Source: Piromyces finnis finn
Taxonomy: Eukaryota; Fungi; Neocallimastigomycota
Length of the DNA: 64,000 bases
Direction of reading: 5' to 3'
NCBI GenBank assembly: GCA_002104945.1
Contig: MCFH01000008.1
Location: 682,001 to 746,000 of the forward strand
Part shown: piece by piece, positions 1 to 15,792 of the stretch
How positions within the stretch are numbered: position 1 is the first letter of the stretch
How the letters are laid out: each line of letters opens with the position of its first letter
Translations under genes and position numbers: made by a program
The notes under the pieces: generated by a model
Told to the model about the DNA's origin: nothing
The model's input: only the letters and a program-made list of their open reading frames with translations
The model's database searches: none

Positions 1-441
1 TTTCCCACTGGGTTTGCCATGGGTTGGGTTATGATATTCAGGTAAGTATAAATGAACTTTCTAATTTACTACTATGATAATAACACTCGTCTAGCCGGCC
101 TGAGAGGGTCTAGTGTACATGGTACATTCCAAATTAGAACTTAATAAGTGGTGACTTAGGCTATGCCAAAAACACATAATATTCCTTAATCAATTTAAGT
201 GTAAACATTAGGGGGCGGTTGACACGTGATCAAATTGACTATAAGAGGCTTAGCATTGTAGTTGTGAAATATCGTACAACGACATGCATCTAATGTACAT
301 GGATTAAGTGAGCGTCGAAGCTGAAGAAACAGTATGACAGACCAGGAGGGTCACAACCACCTAGCAATAGGAATGAGCCAACGTTTCTCTAAGAACCACC
401 ATTGGAGCTAACTCTGATCGATGGGAGAAATGCACTCGGAA

Positions 442-489
<48 letters not shown>
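1..489 (+). mobile_element. SINE-like poly(A) retroposon, copy 1 (5' end outside the window)
   Basis: Positions 1-444 match 29367-29810 with no difference found by eye. Followed by A45 (445-489). Far more GC-rich than the flanks. No ORF. Confidence 0.85.
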
Positions 490-494
<5 letters not shown>

Positions 495-635
495 AAGCAC
501 TAATTTTTCTACTTTTTTTTTTTTGTACAATTTAAAATTTAATTTTTTTAATTTATAAAAGTTTGAAATAATATCAAAGTTAATACTAAATATAAAAGAA
601 GAAAAAGTTATAAATAGTTATTAAATAAGTGAATA

Positions 636-2151
<1,516 letters not shown>

Positions 2152-2797
2152 ATAAAAATATATTAAAATTATAATATCATAATATCTATTAATCAACAGA
2201 ATTTGATATAACATAGTTGAACTATCACATAGCTACACATTATTTAGTCACTATTATATAAATTTGTAATATTGAATATTCATAATATAATTCTTGTTTC
2301 AAAAGTTTATAGAAATAAGTTATTGTGTATTTTTTTGTTAATATATAAAAATTTAATACAAAAATCTTTATTTACATACATACATTTATTATAAAAATAT
2401 ATTTAACCGTATATTACTTTATTGTTATAATTAATTAATTTAATACTTTTTTTTTTATAATGGCGTTTTTCATTGAAAATATAATATTGAAATAAAAGTC
2501 ATAAAATATTTAATTAATAATTTTTACATTTTATATATATCCATTTATTTATATTTCTTCATCCTCATTAATTATATTAATTTTATAAGTATATTTTATT
2601 TTAATCAAAATAATAATTTAAATATTAATACATAATTAAAATAATTTTTGAATTAAATTGAATTTTTTTTGTAAATAACTTAACCCTAAATTTTATAATG
2701 TTAAGGGTTAGAAAATTATTATTTAAATAAATTATAAAAGGTTTATTTTAAAGAGTAAATACATATTTATACATATTTATTATTATTATTATTATTA

Positions 2798-2835
<38 letters not shown>

Positions 2836-3663
2836 GTTATTATTGTTATTGTTATTATTATTACACTAAATATATATATTTTAAGTACTTATTTTATTAA
2901 TTAGTATTAAAATAAATGTTTTCTTTTTTAATACACCAAATGTTTAATTACACTTGTTCAATTTTATTTATAATTAAATATATTTAATTATAAATTAGAA
3001 AAAAAAAAATTAATAAAAGCATTTTTAAATTCATTATAGTAAAAAAAAAAGAAAAGAAAAAAAAAGAAAAATCATTACAATTATATTTAATCGTTTTATA
3101 AAAATATAGAAAATATATATATATTAGATAATAAATTTAAATGTCATTGTTTTTATTTATTAATATTAATATTTAATATAATTTTTAGAGTATTTTTTAT
3201 TTTCTTTTTCGTTTTTTTATTATAATTACTTTATTATGTAAAATTAAATTTAAATATAGCTTTTTAAATATTCTATATATATCTATTTTAACTTTCGAAT
3301 AAGATAAAGAAAATAAAAAATAAAATGTAGCAAAGATAAAGATAATTAATATTTTCTATAACATTATAAAAAGAAAAGATATAAATTGTTTGTTATATCT
3401 TATTATTTTTTTTTTTTATAAAATTATCATTTCTTTTTATTTTTTTTTTATAAAGTTTATATATAACTACTTTATTTTCTTTTTTAGAAGCTTTAAATTG
3501 TTTATATTATTATTATTATTATTTTTTCTTTATTAGTATTACTTAAACTTAATTTAGGTAAAATATTTGCTTTCCTTTTTTTCACTATCATAAATATAGA
3601 GGACAATTAATGAAAATTACATATTTCTAAAATATAGAAAAAAGGAAATGATACTTGATAATA

Positions 3664-5422
3664 TCAAAAAGATGGATGATAAGATGAAGACTCAACAGAC
3701 ACAATAACTTCTGGTGTATTGCTGTGATTATTATTAACATTATTATTATGACGAATACGAAGAACAGTTTCAGGTTCTCTGAAAGCTCTTCCTCCTTCTG
3801 ATATTAAAATAATTTGACTTAGTGTTCTCAATAATATTTGAATATCATGATCGTTAAAAGATGATGATTCAATAATTTCACGAATTTGTCTGAAAAAGAA
3901 ATAATAATAAAGAAATAAAATGTATTAATTGTATTAATATTATTTATCTATTTTAAATATTTAAAAAGATATAATATATTAGGCATTTTCGTTGCTATAA
4001 TACCTTAATACTTCAGAATTCCACCATTCCTCACTTTGACTGATATAATAAATATTTGTATTTTGGGAATTTCTATATTCCAATTGTATATGTGGTGGTC
4101 CAAGAAGAGCTCTTTCTCCATTTGGTAATATATGTCCATAAAAACCTTTATATGAAAAGTATATTATAAAAAATTAGTATTCTATTTATAATTTATATAA
4201 CTTCTATTATTAGCTGTTTATTATAATCATTATCATCACTAATATTATTATATATTTTTTTAAAACATTATAAAAATTTACATTCATCGCCGAATGGACA
4301 AAATTGCTGTTCAGGATATTTGTAATATTTACATGGAATTTTTATTCTTGATTTTCTATACTCAGATATAATTAAGTTTTTTTCTTCTTCATTTTTTGGA
4401 AATATACTTGATGGTATTATATAAAATGAAATCTTTTTTTTTTTTTTTATAAAAAATTTACCAATATATTAATAATAAATATTAATATTTATTTATTTAT
4501 TTTATTTTTATTTTCTATAATTATTATTAATTATCATGTTACTTTTCTACATAATGGACATGATTTTGCAGCCAAAGAGTTTAAAGAAGTTGATCTCCAT
4601 TTTTTAATACAGTTATAACAAAAAATATGATTACAATTGGCTTGATATTTATTAATTATCATATAATAAAAAAATATATAATAAGTTTTTATATTTTTTA
4701 AGTATTATTTATTATGATATTTAAGTTATTATATACCTAATAAACCAAAAATATTATCAGTAAATGGTATTTTATTATAACAAATTCCACATTCAACTAC
4801 TTGAAACTGACTATTGGGTAGATTTTCAAAATTTTTTGAATCCTCTAAGTTTGATACTAAAGATGAATTTTTAAGTACATTATTTATTATTCCTTTTTTA
4901 TTTTCATTAAAAATAATAGTATCTTTACAATATTCACATAGTTTATTATGTTCTAATTATTAAAAATTATATAATTGTTAATTATAAATTTTACATATTA
5001 TTTAAATCATTAAATAAAAATAAAATATGTTAAATATATATAAAGGCATTGTCACTATTTTTTTTTTTAATAAATATACTACTAATTTAAACACTTTAAA
5101 CTTGTTATATAAATTACTAAATCTCATTAATATATTATTGTTTGAAACTATTATTATTATTATTTTATTATTATTATAATTATTTTTATAACTTATATAT
5201 TAAATAATTTATTACTATTATAATTAAAATACATTCCAATGTTAATATATTACCAGTAATTTGACTCTTAATGGGCATTAAGGGACTAAAAACATTTTTG
5301 TTGCATTTTTCACATTTTATACCATGAGTAAACTGGCATTCTTTACCATATTTACATTTATTAAATATATTGAAATAACATAGTTTATATTTCTTGGCAT
5401 ATAAATATACTTTGTTTTCCAT
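3664..5422 (-). CDS. Makorin-like CCCH / RING / CCCH E3 ligase, multi-exon; 5' end unresolved
   Basis: Minus-strand exons encode LCYFNIFNKCKYGKECQFTHG (CCCH), VECGICYNKIP..FGLL|NCNHIFCYNCIKKWRS..SCPLCRK (RING) and IPCKYYKYPEQQFCPFGDECKF (CCCH). This is the makorin domain order. Stop at 3664-3666. Confidence 0.75.
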
Positions 5423-5763
5423 CTCTATATTCCACTTGATATATTATGGCTTATATATTAAAAAAAAATATTCTTATTATTGTAATGTCAGTATCTATTT
5501 CTACAATATATTTGATTTTGTTCTTTTTGAGACGCAGATTAAGAAGATAAAGATTCCGTATATATCTTGTAAACTATTGTTTTAGGTGATGAATAATAGT
5601 TTCTATGAATAAGAATATATATATTATATTTTATTAACAACAATAATAAAAATACCTTTTTTAATATTTACTTTTATTTTTTATCAAGATATCTCTCAAA
5701 TTGATATATTTTAATTTTAATACTATATTTTTTTATTCATTTTTTTATTATATATAATATGAT

Positions 5764-5805
<42 letters not shown>

Positions 5806-8750
5806 AAAAAATTAAAAAGTTTTTCTTTTTTTTCGTTTTTAATTTTTATTTTATTTTATTTTTTTTTTAAATAATAATAAAAGATAAAATAAATAATTTT
5901 TATATTAAAGCCCTTTATTTAATTGTAACTATTTTTTCATTATTATTATATTGGTATTAATATTATTCAATATTAAAATATTTTATAGTTTATTAATATT
6001 ATATTTTACTTAATAGAAATTTAATATGTTTATATGTCATAAGTCAGTACAACATTTTACATATAATAAAAACAAAATAAACTTAATTATAGTAGTTACA
6101 ATGTTTTTACTATTAATAAAATATATAATAATAATTTTTATTATTTCTTAATTTTTAATGGTATGCCAACATAGATTATTCTAAATTCAATTAATTTTTT
6201 AAACAGTTTCATTTTTCGAGTATAAACTTTATATGATATATTTTTTATTATTAACGAACTTTAAAATTAATTATTTTATTATCATGATATAGATTAAATT
6301 AAATTTAATATATTTTTATTAATTAACAGAAAAGGGATTTTATTATTTATTTAAATTTGTAGTAAATGAAAAAATGTCATTCTATATTTTTTTTAATAAT
6401 ATATATTAATAAAATATAAAATAAAGTAAAAAAAAAAATTATAATAAAAAAAATATTAATAAATTATACCAATGTTAAACTCTATATGCGTATATAGAAT
6501 ATTGAAATAAAGAAATAAATATTAACTTTTATTTTATATAATAAAATTAAATATTATTTACTATAAATTAAATAAATCCTGTTTTTATGATTCATTTAAA
6601 GATATATTCGCTATTTAATATATATTATAAATATTTTTATTAAATTAAAAAAATTTAATAAGCAGAATCCAATATATATGGTATTGAAGAAATTTAGTAT
6701 TTTATATTTTTAACCAAATAATATATATACATATATACATATATACATATAGAATAAAAATTGTCATACAAACATAGTATATGAATGATTGAATTTTTCC
6801 TTTTAATTAAATATAATAATATAGATATTATATACGATAGTAATAACAATAATTTAAATGAAAAGCAAAACAAAACAATATATAATGTAGGTCAGGTCAG
6901 AAAAATTCATCTATATTACAAAATTATTTTAGTAATTACACAATATTCATTTTTTACTTAATATTTAATATAATTAATAAAAATTTTATTGCACAGTGAC
7001 TTTTTTTTTTAATTTAAATTGTATGAAATATCAATGATTTTATTCTGTGTAAAGAAATTTTAATATGCATATATCTACTATCAATAAGTTATTATATGAA
7101 TTATATTGAATTATAAAAATATATGCCATCTCTTGTATATTCTTTATATTGAAAAAAAAAACATTACATATCTTTTAAATAAATCAGTGTTATGGTAGTA
7201 ATGATTTGGAGCCATTTGCTTGTTATAGTATCTTCAGTTTAATTATTGAAAATTGAAACAGTTTTTTATTTATTTTCATACTTTTTTTCTTTGTCAATAA
7301 TATTAATATTTTATGATAGTGGAAGATTAGTATAAACGATCTAAAGGATATATGAAGTTTTAAGGCTTTCAAAGATATGGTTTATTAAAATAAATTTATA
7401 AGTAAATATTAATGAGTATTATTATTTTTATTAATTAATTTTATACTGATCCTGATTATACTTAACAATTAAAATATTTCATAGGTATTTTTACTGAAAT
7501 TTATTGAATTCATAGTTGTTACTGATATTAGCACTTAACAAAATTATATTTCTTGATTTTATTAAGAAGTTATAACTTTATTTTTTCTAGAATCCTAGTC
7601 AACTTGAAGATAACGTTTTATAGCTTTATATTAATTCCCAGACATATAATAAGTTTTTACGACTTGAAGGAATTATAAAATTTTTGAATATTTTATCTAA
7701 ATGTTTGTATATATATAATAATCTTTCAATAAGATTTAAATAATGCTTAATCCAATAATACAGGTGATTGTGTTTTAGTAATAACATAAACTATCATTAA
7801 TAAAAAGAAAATACTCAGAAAATAATAAATAATTATTAGTTTCATTTTTATATTTTGAAAATTCTCAATTACAATAACAAATAATAAATAAATAATATAA
7901 ATTATTTCATTATTAAATTAATACTATTTTTATTATTAATTATAAGATTGATTAATTTATTATATGTAAAGATTTTTAGTGTTATATATTCAAATTTTGG
8001 TATTAGAATTTAGTTTTAATTTTACAGTTAAATAATATATTTTTTAGTGAAATTTTGTGGTTAATTTGATAATGTTTATAAAGGTTTTTTTTATACCAAA
8101 ATTGTTAAGAAAAAAAAAAGGTATAGATATTTTTAATTTAATTTAACCATACATACAAAAAAAAGATAAATTAAATATTAAATTTAAATTAATAGTTTTC
8201 TTTAAAAAATTTTATATATTATTATTGCATTTTTATTTTATTTTATTTTTTTGAAGAATTGATATCATTAATAAGAAATTTGAATTAAAGTAAGTAAATA
8301 CAATAAAATAAATTAAGAAAGAAATAAAATCATAAATAAACAATGTTTTATTTGAATTTATTATTTTCAATATTTTTACTATGGAAAGTTTTATATATAT
8401 TTATTTCATAGGTAAAATTATAAAACATATATAATGATTAAAAATATATTTTTTTAAAGGGTTAATAATAATAAAGTATACTTATAATTTAATATTTCAT
8501 CAATAAAGTGCAATAATGTATAGATTTTATTATTACAATAATTTGTGATAAAATATAAAATAAATTTATTTTTGTAATTAATAAATGAATTGGTTTTTAT
8601 ATTTATTTTATCTAATTTTAAAATAGATATAACATATCAACATTAAAAATATAATAATAAATGAATTGAAAATACCTTGAATTTTAGATTTTTAAAATTA
8701 AAATAATTTTATGTAATTTCAATTATTATAAATATATATATTTCCCTAAC

Positions 8751-8751
8751 G

Positions 8752-8811
<60 letters not shown>
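8751..8811. repeat. (TAA)n microsatellite just upstream of the Elongin A-like start
   Basis: About 19 tandem TAA units, seen directly. Confidence 0.9.
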
Positions 8812-8829
8812 TTAATTTCAATAAGGAAA

Positions 8830-9437
8830 ATGAGCTTATTTACCAAGAAGAAGGTCCAATCTTTATACAGACTTTGTTTAAGGAAATTAGAAAATAATCC
8901 AAATTTAATTATTAAACCTTTAAATGAAAAAGTGCCTTATTATTTAGTAGAAAGTGTTGTTAAGCGTTGCACACCTGAACAACTTTTAAAACTTGAAAAG
9001 TTTAATGAAGTATAACATTTTTTCTTTTTTTATCTTAAAAATGAATATAAAATATATATTAAAACAATTTAAATTTATATTATAATCATTAATTATTATA
9101 AAAACAAAAGTCTTATAGAGAAGATACACAAGGTATATTGTTAAAAAACATTCAATGCATATAGTAATTATTTCTTTTCAAATTTTATAATGCTTATATA
9201 TTTATATTTATATTTATTTTTATAAATCCAAAACTTAAAATTTAAACATTAACAAATAAAATAAAAACAATTGAAAAAAAAAACTAAAACTAAAACTAAA
9301 ACTATAATTAAAATTAAAAAAAAAAGAATTATGGAAATTTCATTGTAAAGGAAAATTCACTGATATTAGAAACGAATGTGAAGAAGGGAAATTAGATGAT
9401 GTAGAGGATTGGAGAGATTTATATTGGGTAATTAGAA

Positions 9438-9514
<77 letters not shown>

Positions 9515-10637
9515 ATATATAGAAAGAAGAAAGGAATTTTATTTATTTATTTATTTGTATGTTGAAATCTAATTATTATTATTATTATTATTATTATTAT
9601 TGAATGAAATTTAATTATAATATATTATTTTTATAATAAGAAACGTCAACAAACAGAAAATGCTAGACTTGAAAGAATAAAAGAAAAAATGAAATCATCT
9701 TATAATAAACTTGAAAAAACAAAACAAAGAAAATCTATTAAATTGAATGAAAATCTTAGACCAAAAATGCGTTCCTTTTCTTCACCATGTAAGATTTTAT
9801 AGATATACATATTTATTTTAAAATATATTATTTATTACTGTATTACTTATTAAATATGAAAGTATTTGATATTTAATTGATAAAAAATTTTTAATTATTA
9901 ATTTTAAAATATTATTATATAATATTATTCAATGATAGCATATTCTTCTAATAGTAGTGGAAGTTCATTAAAAGTTAAAAGAAATGCTTCATTGATGCAA
10001 AGAGCAAGAGCTGCAGCTAAAAGATCGTAAATATACATATATTAATTTATTATTATTATTCTATTTTCAATATATGTGTTTCATTGTATTAATTCCTATG
10101 TTGTATAAAAGGAGTATGAAATTTGATTTTCCACCTATTCAAAATCACAGTGTTTCATCTTCATCTGAAAGAGTAAGATCAAGATCACCTCCAAACTCAA
10201 CTGTAATATTTTAAACTTTTTTTTATTTATAGTATCTTTAAAGAAGTTTTGACATCTACATACTTTTTATTAATACTTTTTATTATTAAATTATTATCAT
10301 AATCAGGTTTCAGTATCAGCATCATCATCAGCACGTCATGGAAAATCACTTAACTCATTAAAATCAAGGTTTAATTCTAAAACAGCATCTTCAAGTGATT
10401 ATCTACAAAAACGAAAACAGCAACAAGAATCTTTATCTGATAATAAAAGACAAAGAACTGAAAAGGTATATTTAAATAATTATATAATAACTATAACAAT
10501 ATATAACAATATTTCTTTTTAATATGTTACTAAATTTATTTTTATTATTTTTATTTATTTTTCTATTTCAATAGAAGGTTAGTTCATCATCATGGGATGC
10601 AAGCTCTTCCTTTTTCTCAAATTGTATGTTAAATTAA
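8830..10637 (+). CDS. ELA1: Elongin A-like (RNA pol II SIII subunit A), about 8 exons; 3' end approximate
   Basis: VQSLYRLCLRKL (BC-box-like), VPYYLVESVVKRCTPEQLLKLEKFN, ELWKFHC, DWRDLY and RLERIKEKMKSSYNKLEKTKQRKSI match the Elongin A conserved region. Confidence 0.8.
9443..9516. repeat. (AAAT)n microsatellite in an intron
   Basis: Tandem AAAT units, seen directly. A similar array lies at ~39847-39910 in an intron of the second SLC10-like gene. Confidence 0.9.
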
Positions 10638-11062
10638 AATATTTATTAAATAACACCTTTATAAAATATTTATTATTATTTTTGTATATACTTATGAAAT
10701 ATTATATTACTTTAAATTATATACTATTTATATTTTAGTTTAATTTGAAAACAAATGTTTAAAAACAAACATGTATCATGTATAAATATAATTCTATTGT
10801 AATAATGTTTAAGCATCAAATATCAAACATTATTTTTTTTTTTATTATTAAAAACTTTTCAAAAATAAGAACAAATAATATGGTATGAATAATCTCTAAT
10901 AATGCATGATTGTAATTCATTAGTTAATATTTAAATAAATTACTTAAAAATTGATATAATGGTAAAATATATTATTAAATCAACAAAAATTAAAGTGAAT
11001 AAGGTATAATAATTATTAATAATTAAATATAAATTTTAATATACTTTATTTTTTTCTTTTTA

Positions 11063-11100
<38 letters not shown>

Positions 11101-11319
11101 TACTATTTTTTTTTTTTTTAAGTTTTAAATAGTATTTATTTTATAATACTATTTATTTTAAGTTGTAAATGAATTATTCTTAGTTTAGTTAAGGAAATAA
11201 TATTGATAGTTATAATGCATAATAAAATAGTATTATATAAATATGATTTACTATGATGAATGTTATTTATTAATTATTAAATGGATTGTATAGAATTATT
11301 ATTTATTAAGAGGGTTATT

Positions 11320-14300
11320 TCATTTTTTTTGCTCATTTTCAACACAATCATGATATTCAGATATTTCAGTTTGACAACTTTTAAAGGTAGTATAACTCAT
11401 TGCAGACATAACTGACACACGCTGTGGATTGAAATTATAATCTTTAATTATTGTAATACATTATTTTTATTGTAAAAAAGAAAATAAATAAAATATAAAA
11501 TGAAAAATAATTATTTTTTAGTATATAATTACTGAAAACAAACAAATAATCAAAACAAAGATTAAAAAAAAAAAAAAAAAAATTACCTATATCATTATTA
11601 TCTACATTCATTTCAGGACGTTGAGGAATGATATATTCATCGGGTTCAACTGTACTTTGTATATTCAAATTAATAAATGGATTTGTTAATGCGGATGCAA
11701 ATGATGAATGTTTATTTGAAGTAGCTATTGATGAAACATCTTGGGTTTTATTATTATTTATACCAGAATGAGAAATATTGGTTAAATCAACAATTTCCAT
11801 GCCATCCATTGAATCAGTATAAGATTGGAAATCAACCGAATCATCCAATGAATTAAAAAAGGATGTAGTAGATGATTTATAACGATGATGATTTACTTTA
11901 TTAAGAGAATTATTCTCTTTATAATTTAATGAATCACCTGTTAAAGATTTTTGTGGTGTCTGATATGGTGAAATATATGATTTTTGAGTATCAATAGAGT
12001 TATGAATTAATGGAGGTGACAAGAATCCTTCACTTTGCTTCAATTTTGAACCTGCATCTTTTATTAAATGTTCATTATTAGAACTACTAGGCGATGAGAA
12101 ATTTGTTTTAGTTGTACAAAATGTATTTGCTGAGTTTATTTCATTAGAATCCTTTGTAGAGTATGGTTTTTTTGGTATATCAACACTAAGTACGTTATTT
12201 ATTGATGAATGATCATGCATATTATGCTTATTGATAAATGATGACTTCAATAAATTAGATTTTGTTGGTAATTTACCTTTATTTTCATTATCTTGTTCCT
12301 TATTTAATTCATCTAAAATATGTTCTAAACGACTTGGTGTTAATGGTGGATTATCTATATTATTAGTAGTTATTGAATTACTATCGAAAGAGAATTTACT
12401 ATTAATAGAAACAGGTGAAAGTATTGAGTTATCGTTTTTTATTTCTTCTTTCTCCTTATTTTTTAAATCTATTTTAATAGGTTCAGGGAAACATGATACT
12501 GCTTGAGAAACAGGCATATTAAATACCATCGAAGCCAATGAAATATTATTATTAGTAGTATTTGATTCAATATTTATATCTTTATCCTTTTTTAGATAAC
12601 TATTTCCTGTATCAGAGAGAAGCAGTGAATTGTTATTTAAATTATTTAGATTAATTGTAGTATTAGCAAATGAAGAACTTGATATAGAATTATTACTGGT
12701 AGCACTTTCTACTGCAGAATATAATGAATCTGATTTTGATATAATTGATTCTAATGAGGGTTTTGTCATTTTTGGTGTATTGTCTTTATTACCTTGAATT
12801 ACTGTTGAATTTTGGGTAGATTCTGAAACCATTGAAAGATTCATTGCATCATTTACATTAAAGTTTGGACTCATATTATTATTTGTTTCTTCTTCTGGGG
12901 TCTTCACTTTTACTGATTTATTTGGACGAAGAGTTGTAGTATTACTAATATATGTATTTGCAATTGATTTGGTTTTACATTTTTTCGTTGCTTTAGTGCC
13001 CATAGAAGTAATACTTGGAGTACCAGAAACTGGTGAACCACCTGGACTGAAACGGTTCTCAAATGTATTTATGTCATTTACTTTTAATAGTTCTGGACTT
13101 CCTGTAGGACTATCTTCTGTGTTTTCATTTTCTTTATTTTTTGCTTCGTAAAAGTTAACTTGATAAGAGTAACTACGTTTGTGATATTGTATATCAATAT
13201 CTGATTTTTTAATATTATCAAGTACAGTAGAGTCATTGGCTTTATGTTTTATATATTTAGGTTTATCCAGATTTGAAGTTATATTTATATTATTATTATT
13301 ATTATTATTATTATGAGATATTGGAACTAAAACTTCAGAAGTAACAATTGAGTTTGGTGAGAGATAGTTATTATCAGTAATGATATTAGTATTCGAATTT
13401 TTTGAAATAGTATAATTGTCTTTTGAAAAAGTTGTTGGAATAACTAAATTTCCGATATTCGTATCTGATGTTATTGAATCTTCATCACCAATGCTTGTAA
13501 CTTCATCTAAATATTCAATATTTGGATCATTTTCATCTTTTCCAATTAAACCTACTGTAGAATTAGAAATCTTCTTTTTATGATATGATTCATGCTTTTG
13601 TTTTTGTTTATTATTACTATTAATAATATTATTTATTTTGGTTTCAGTCTTATCGTCATTGTCTTTATCATCATTGAATCCTGGTTTTGGTGTAATTATA
13701 GTAAGACCTGCATTATTATTATTATTATTATTAATATTATTATTAAATGTTGATAAATTACTAAGTTCTTGTTCTGAAGTTTCGTTGATCGTTTCAATTA
13801 CTGGGAAAGATAAATGCATTATTGCTCCTATTATAATGGCTTCAATTAGCATCCAAAAAGTGTGAAATAATGGAAATGCAGATAATACTTGTGCACAACA
13901 TGGCGTCAAATATACTTGAATAATTGTAATAGCTAATGGTATATTTGGTAAAATAGTATTCATACAAACAGCTATTGTTTTTTTATCATCTAAGTTAAAT
14001 ATTTTTGTCATAATTAGAGATATTATAAAACTTATTGAAGATAAAACAATTGAAACACAATATATTTCCCAATTTTTATAAAAAATTACACTAAAATCTT
14101 TTAATGACATTACTAATGATGTAATAATAATAATTGCACCCCAGAAAGTGGTACTTTTCTTTATCCAGTTTGCCCATAATGGTTTAAAGTGAAGAAGTAA
14201 ACTACCCAATAAAAAAGGTACTAAACAATAAATGATAATGAATGCCATATATTTATACTTATAGTAATTTATATAATAAACATATATTATTAAAAAAAAT

Positions 14301-15792
14301 TAATTATTTGATAGATTAAATCTTAATTGTAATAGAAATCAAGATATTATTTAAATATAAAAAACTGAAAATTATGATAAATTGAAATCACTAAAAATAA
14401 TTTTTTTATATATTTACAGGAAATTCATTAATTTGAAGATCACTACTGAAAATAAAAGTATATAACCATATATATAAAACATAAATTCCAGAGCCTATAT
14501 CCATATTATTATTATTTGAAAATTTGTTAATATTTCTTTATTTTTTTTTCTTTTATTAGTAATTTAAATTTTCTTATAAGATGACACTATTTTTATTACC
14601 TAATATTGTTGAAAGCAAACAAAGGCTTACAGCTAATGCTCGATCACCACCTAAATAATATGTAAATATTGGTGCAATTACAGAACTCGGTGATATTCCA
14701 ACCATAAATACACTAAATGCTTGATAATTTCTTTGTTTAAAAATTTTTGGAATGAAAAAACCTGTTTTTTATTAAATTTTTATATTTATGTTCAAATTAC
14801 AATTAAAAGGTATATATATATTTAATAATAAACTAATATAAAGAATTTACTTACTTATTACTGGAACTAAAATGAATTGACAAAAGAGACCACAAAACAT
14901 TGATGGCAATCTATCTTTATGAAATGTACCTCTTAAAGTATCTAAATATATAAATAAATATATGAAATAAAAGTTAAAAGAAAGTAATTAATTATTAAAC
15001 TATTTTTATTACTTTAGTAATTAACTATTTAACTATTAGTATCTACATACTCCCTGATAAGGATAAACCAATTGAAAATAAAAACATGGCTGTTGCAATT
15101 ATAATAATTATATTTGATATTGAAAAAGTATTTACTGTAATATCCAATTTATTACCTAAAAATTCATCTAATTTAATATTATCACCAGACTGTATATCAA
15201 AAGAAAGTGTGGATCTTCCATTATGCTTATTTTTTAATGTAAATGTTTTTGATAAAGTTAAATTATCATTTTGTATAGGTAGTATTGTATTATTATCTAA
15301 TTCTATTGTATCAATGCCTTTATCAAAGTATATAAACTTTGGGGATACATCGAAGTTTTGAAAATTATTTTCTGAAACAAACGTTATATTTATAGGTGAC
15401 TTCGGTGCTTGATCTAATTTAATTGTAAATGGCACATCTCTCATTCCAAGTAATACTTTATTTGATTCTAGACAATTTGCTGAAAGCACAATATTAATAT
15501 CTATTTACAATAATTTTATTCGCAAAACAATATATATATAATTTTATTATTAAACTATTAATTATTATATATTAATTATATCAATATATTGAGTTTTTTT
15601 TTTTTTTTTTTTTTTTCATATGCATACAATTGCCATTTTCGTCTCTAATAACAAATGCTTTTGCTACATATAGTAGCAAATTTAGAAATATTATAAATAC
15701 TGTATTTATTAATTAAATAAAAAAAAATAATTTTTTTAATTATGTTATCATTATTATTTTGTTATTGTAAATATAAATTTTATACATACCAT
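11320..15792 (-). CDS. SLC10/SBF (bile acid:sodium symporter)-like membrane protein with signal peptide, N-terminal extracellular domain and a ~740-aa S/N/T-rich C-terminal tail; ~7 exons, 3' end approximate
   Basis: Signal MVFIIFLNLLLYVAKA, then FLFSIGLSL, CGLFCQFILVPV, SPSSVIAPIFTYYLGGDRALAVSLCLLSTI, FLLGSLLLHFKP and ICMNTILPNIPLA. These are SBF-like TM motifs. ORF 11444-14248 is the large penultimate exon. Confidence 0.75.

Noticed and set aside
78-160. Twister-like words in the SINE (TAACACT...AAGTGGTGAC)
   Set aside because: No P4/L4 loop with the T1 and T2 pseudoknot partners. GTG instead of GAR, and P1 is only 3 bp.
412-444. Hammerhead-like CTGA-TC-GA..GAAA with AACT/AGTT at the SINE 3' end; similar CUGA-NN-GA..GAAA in the LINE motif
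   Set aside because: Two nucleotides instead of one at position 7, no credible stem II or stem III, and no UH cleavage triplet. In the LINE motif these bases are paired in a conserved hairpin.
7170-7800. Slightly GC-richer stretch with RT-like words on the minus strand (SPVLL, CLGINI)
   Set aside because: Stops every few codons and no run of diagnostic motifs. It may be a relic but cannot be assigned.
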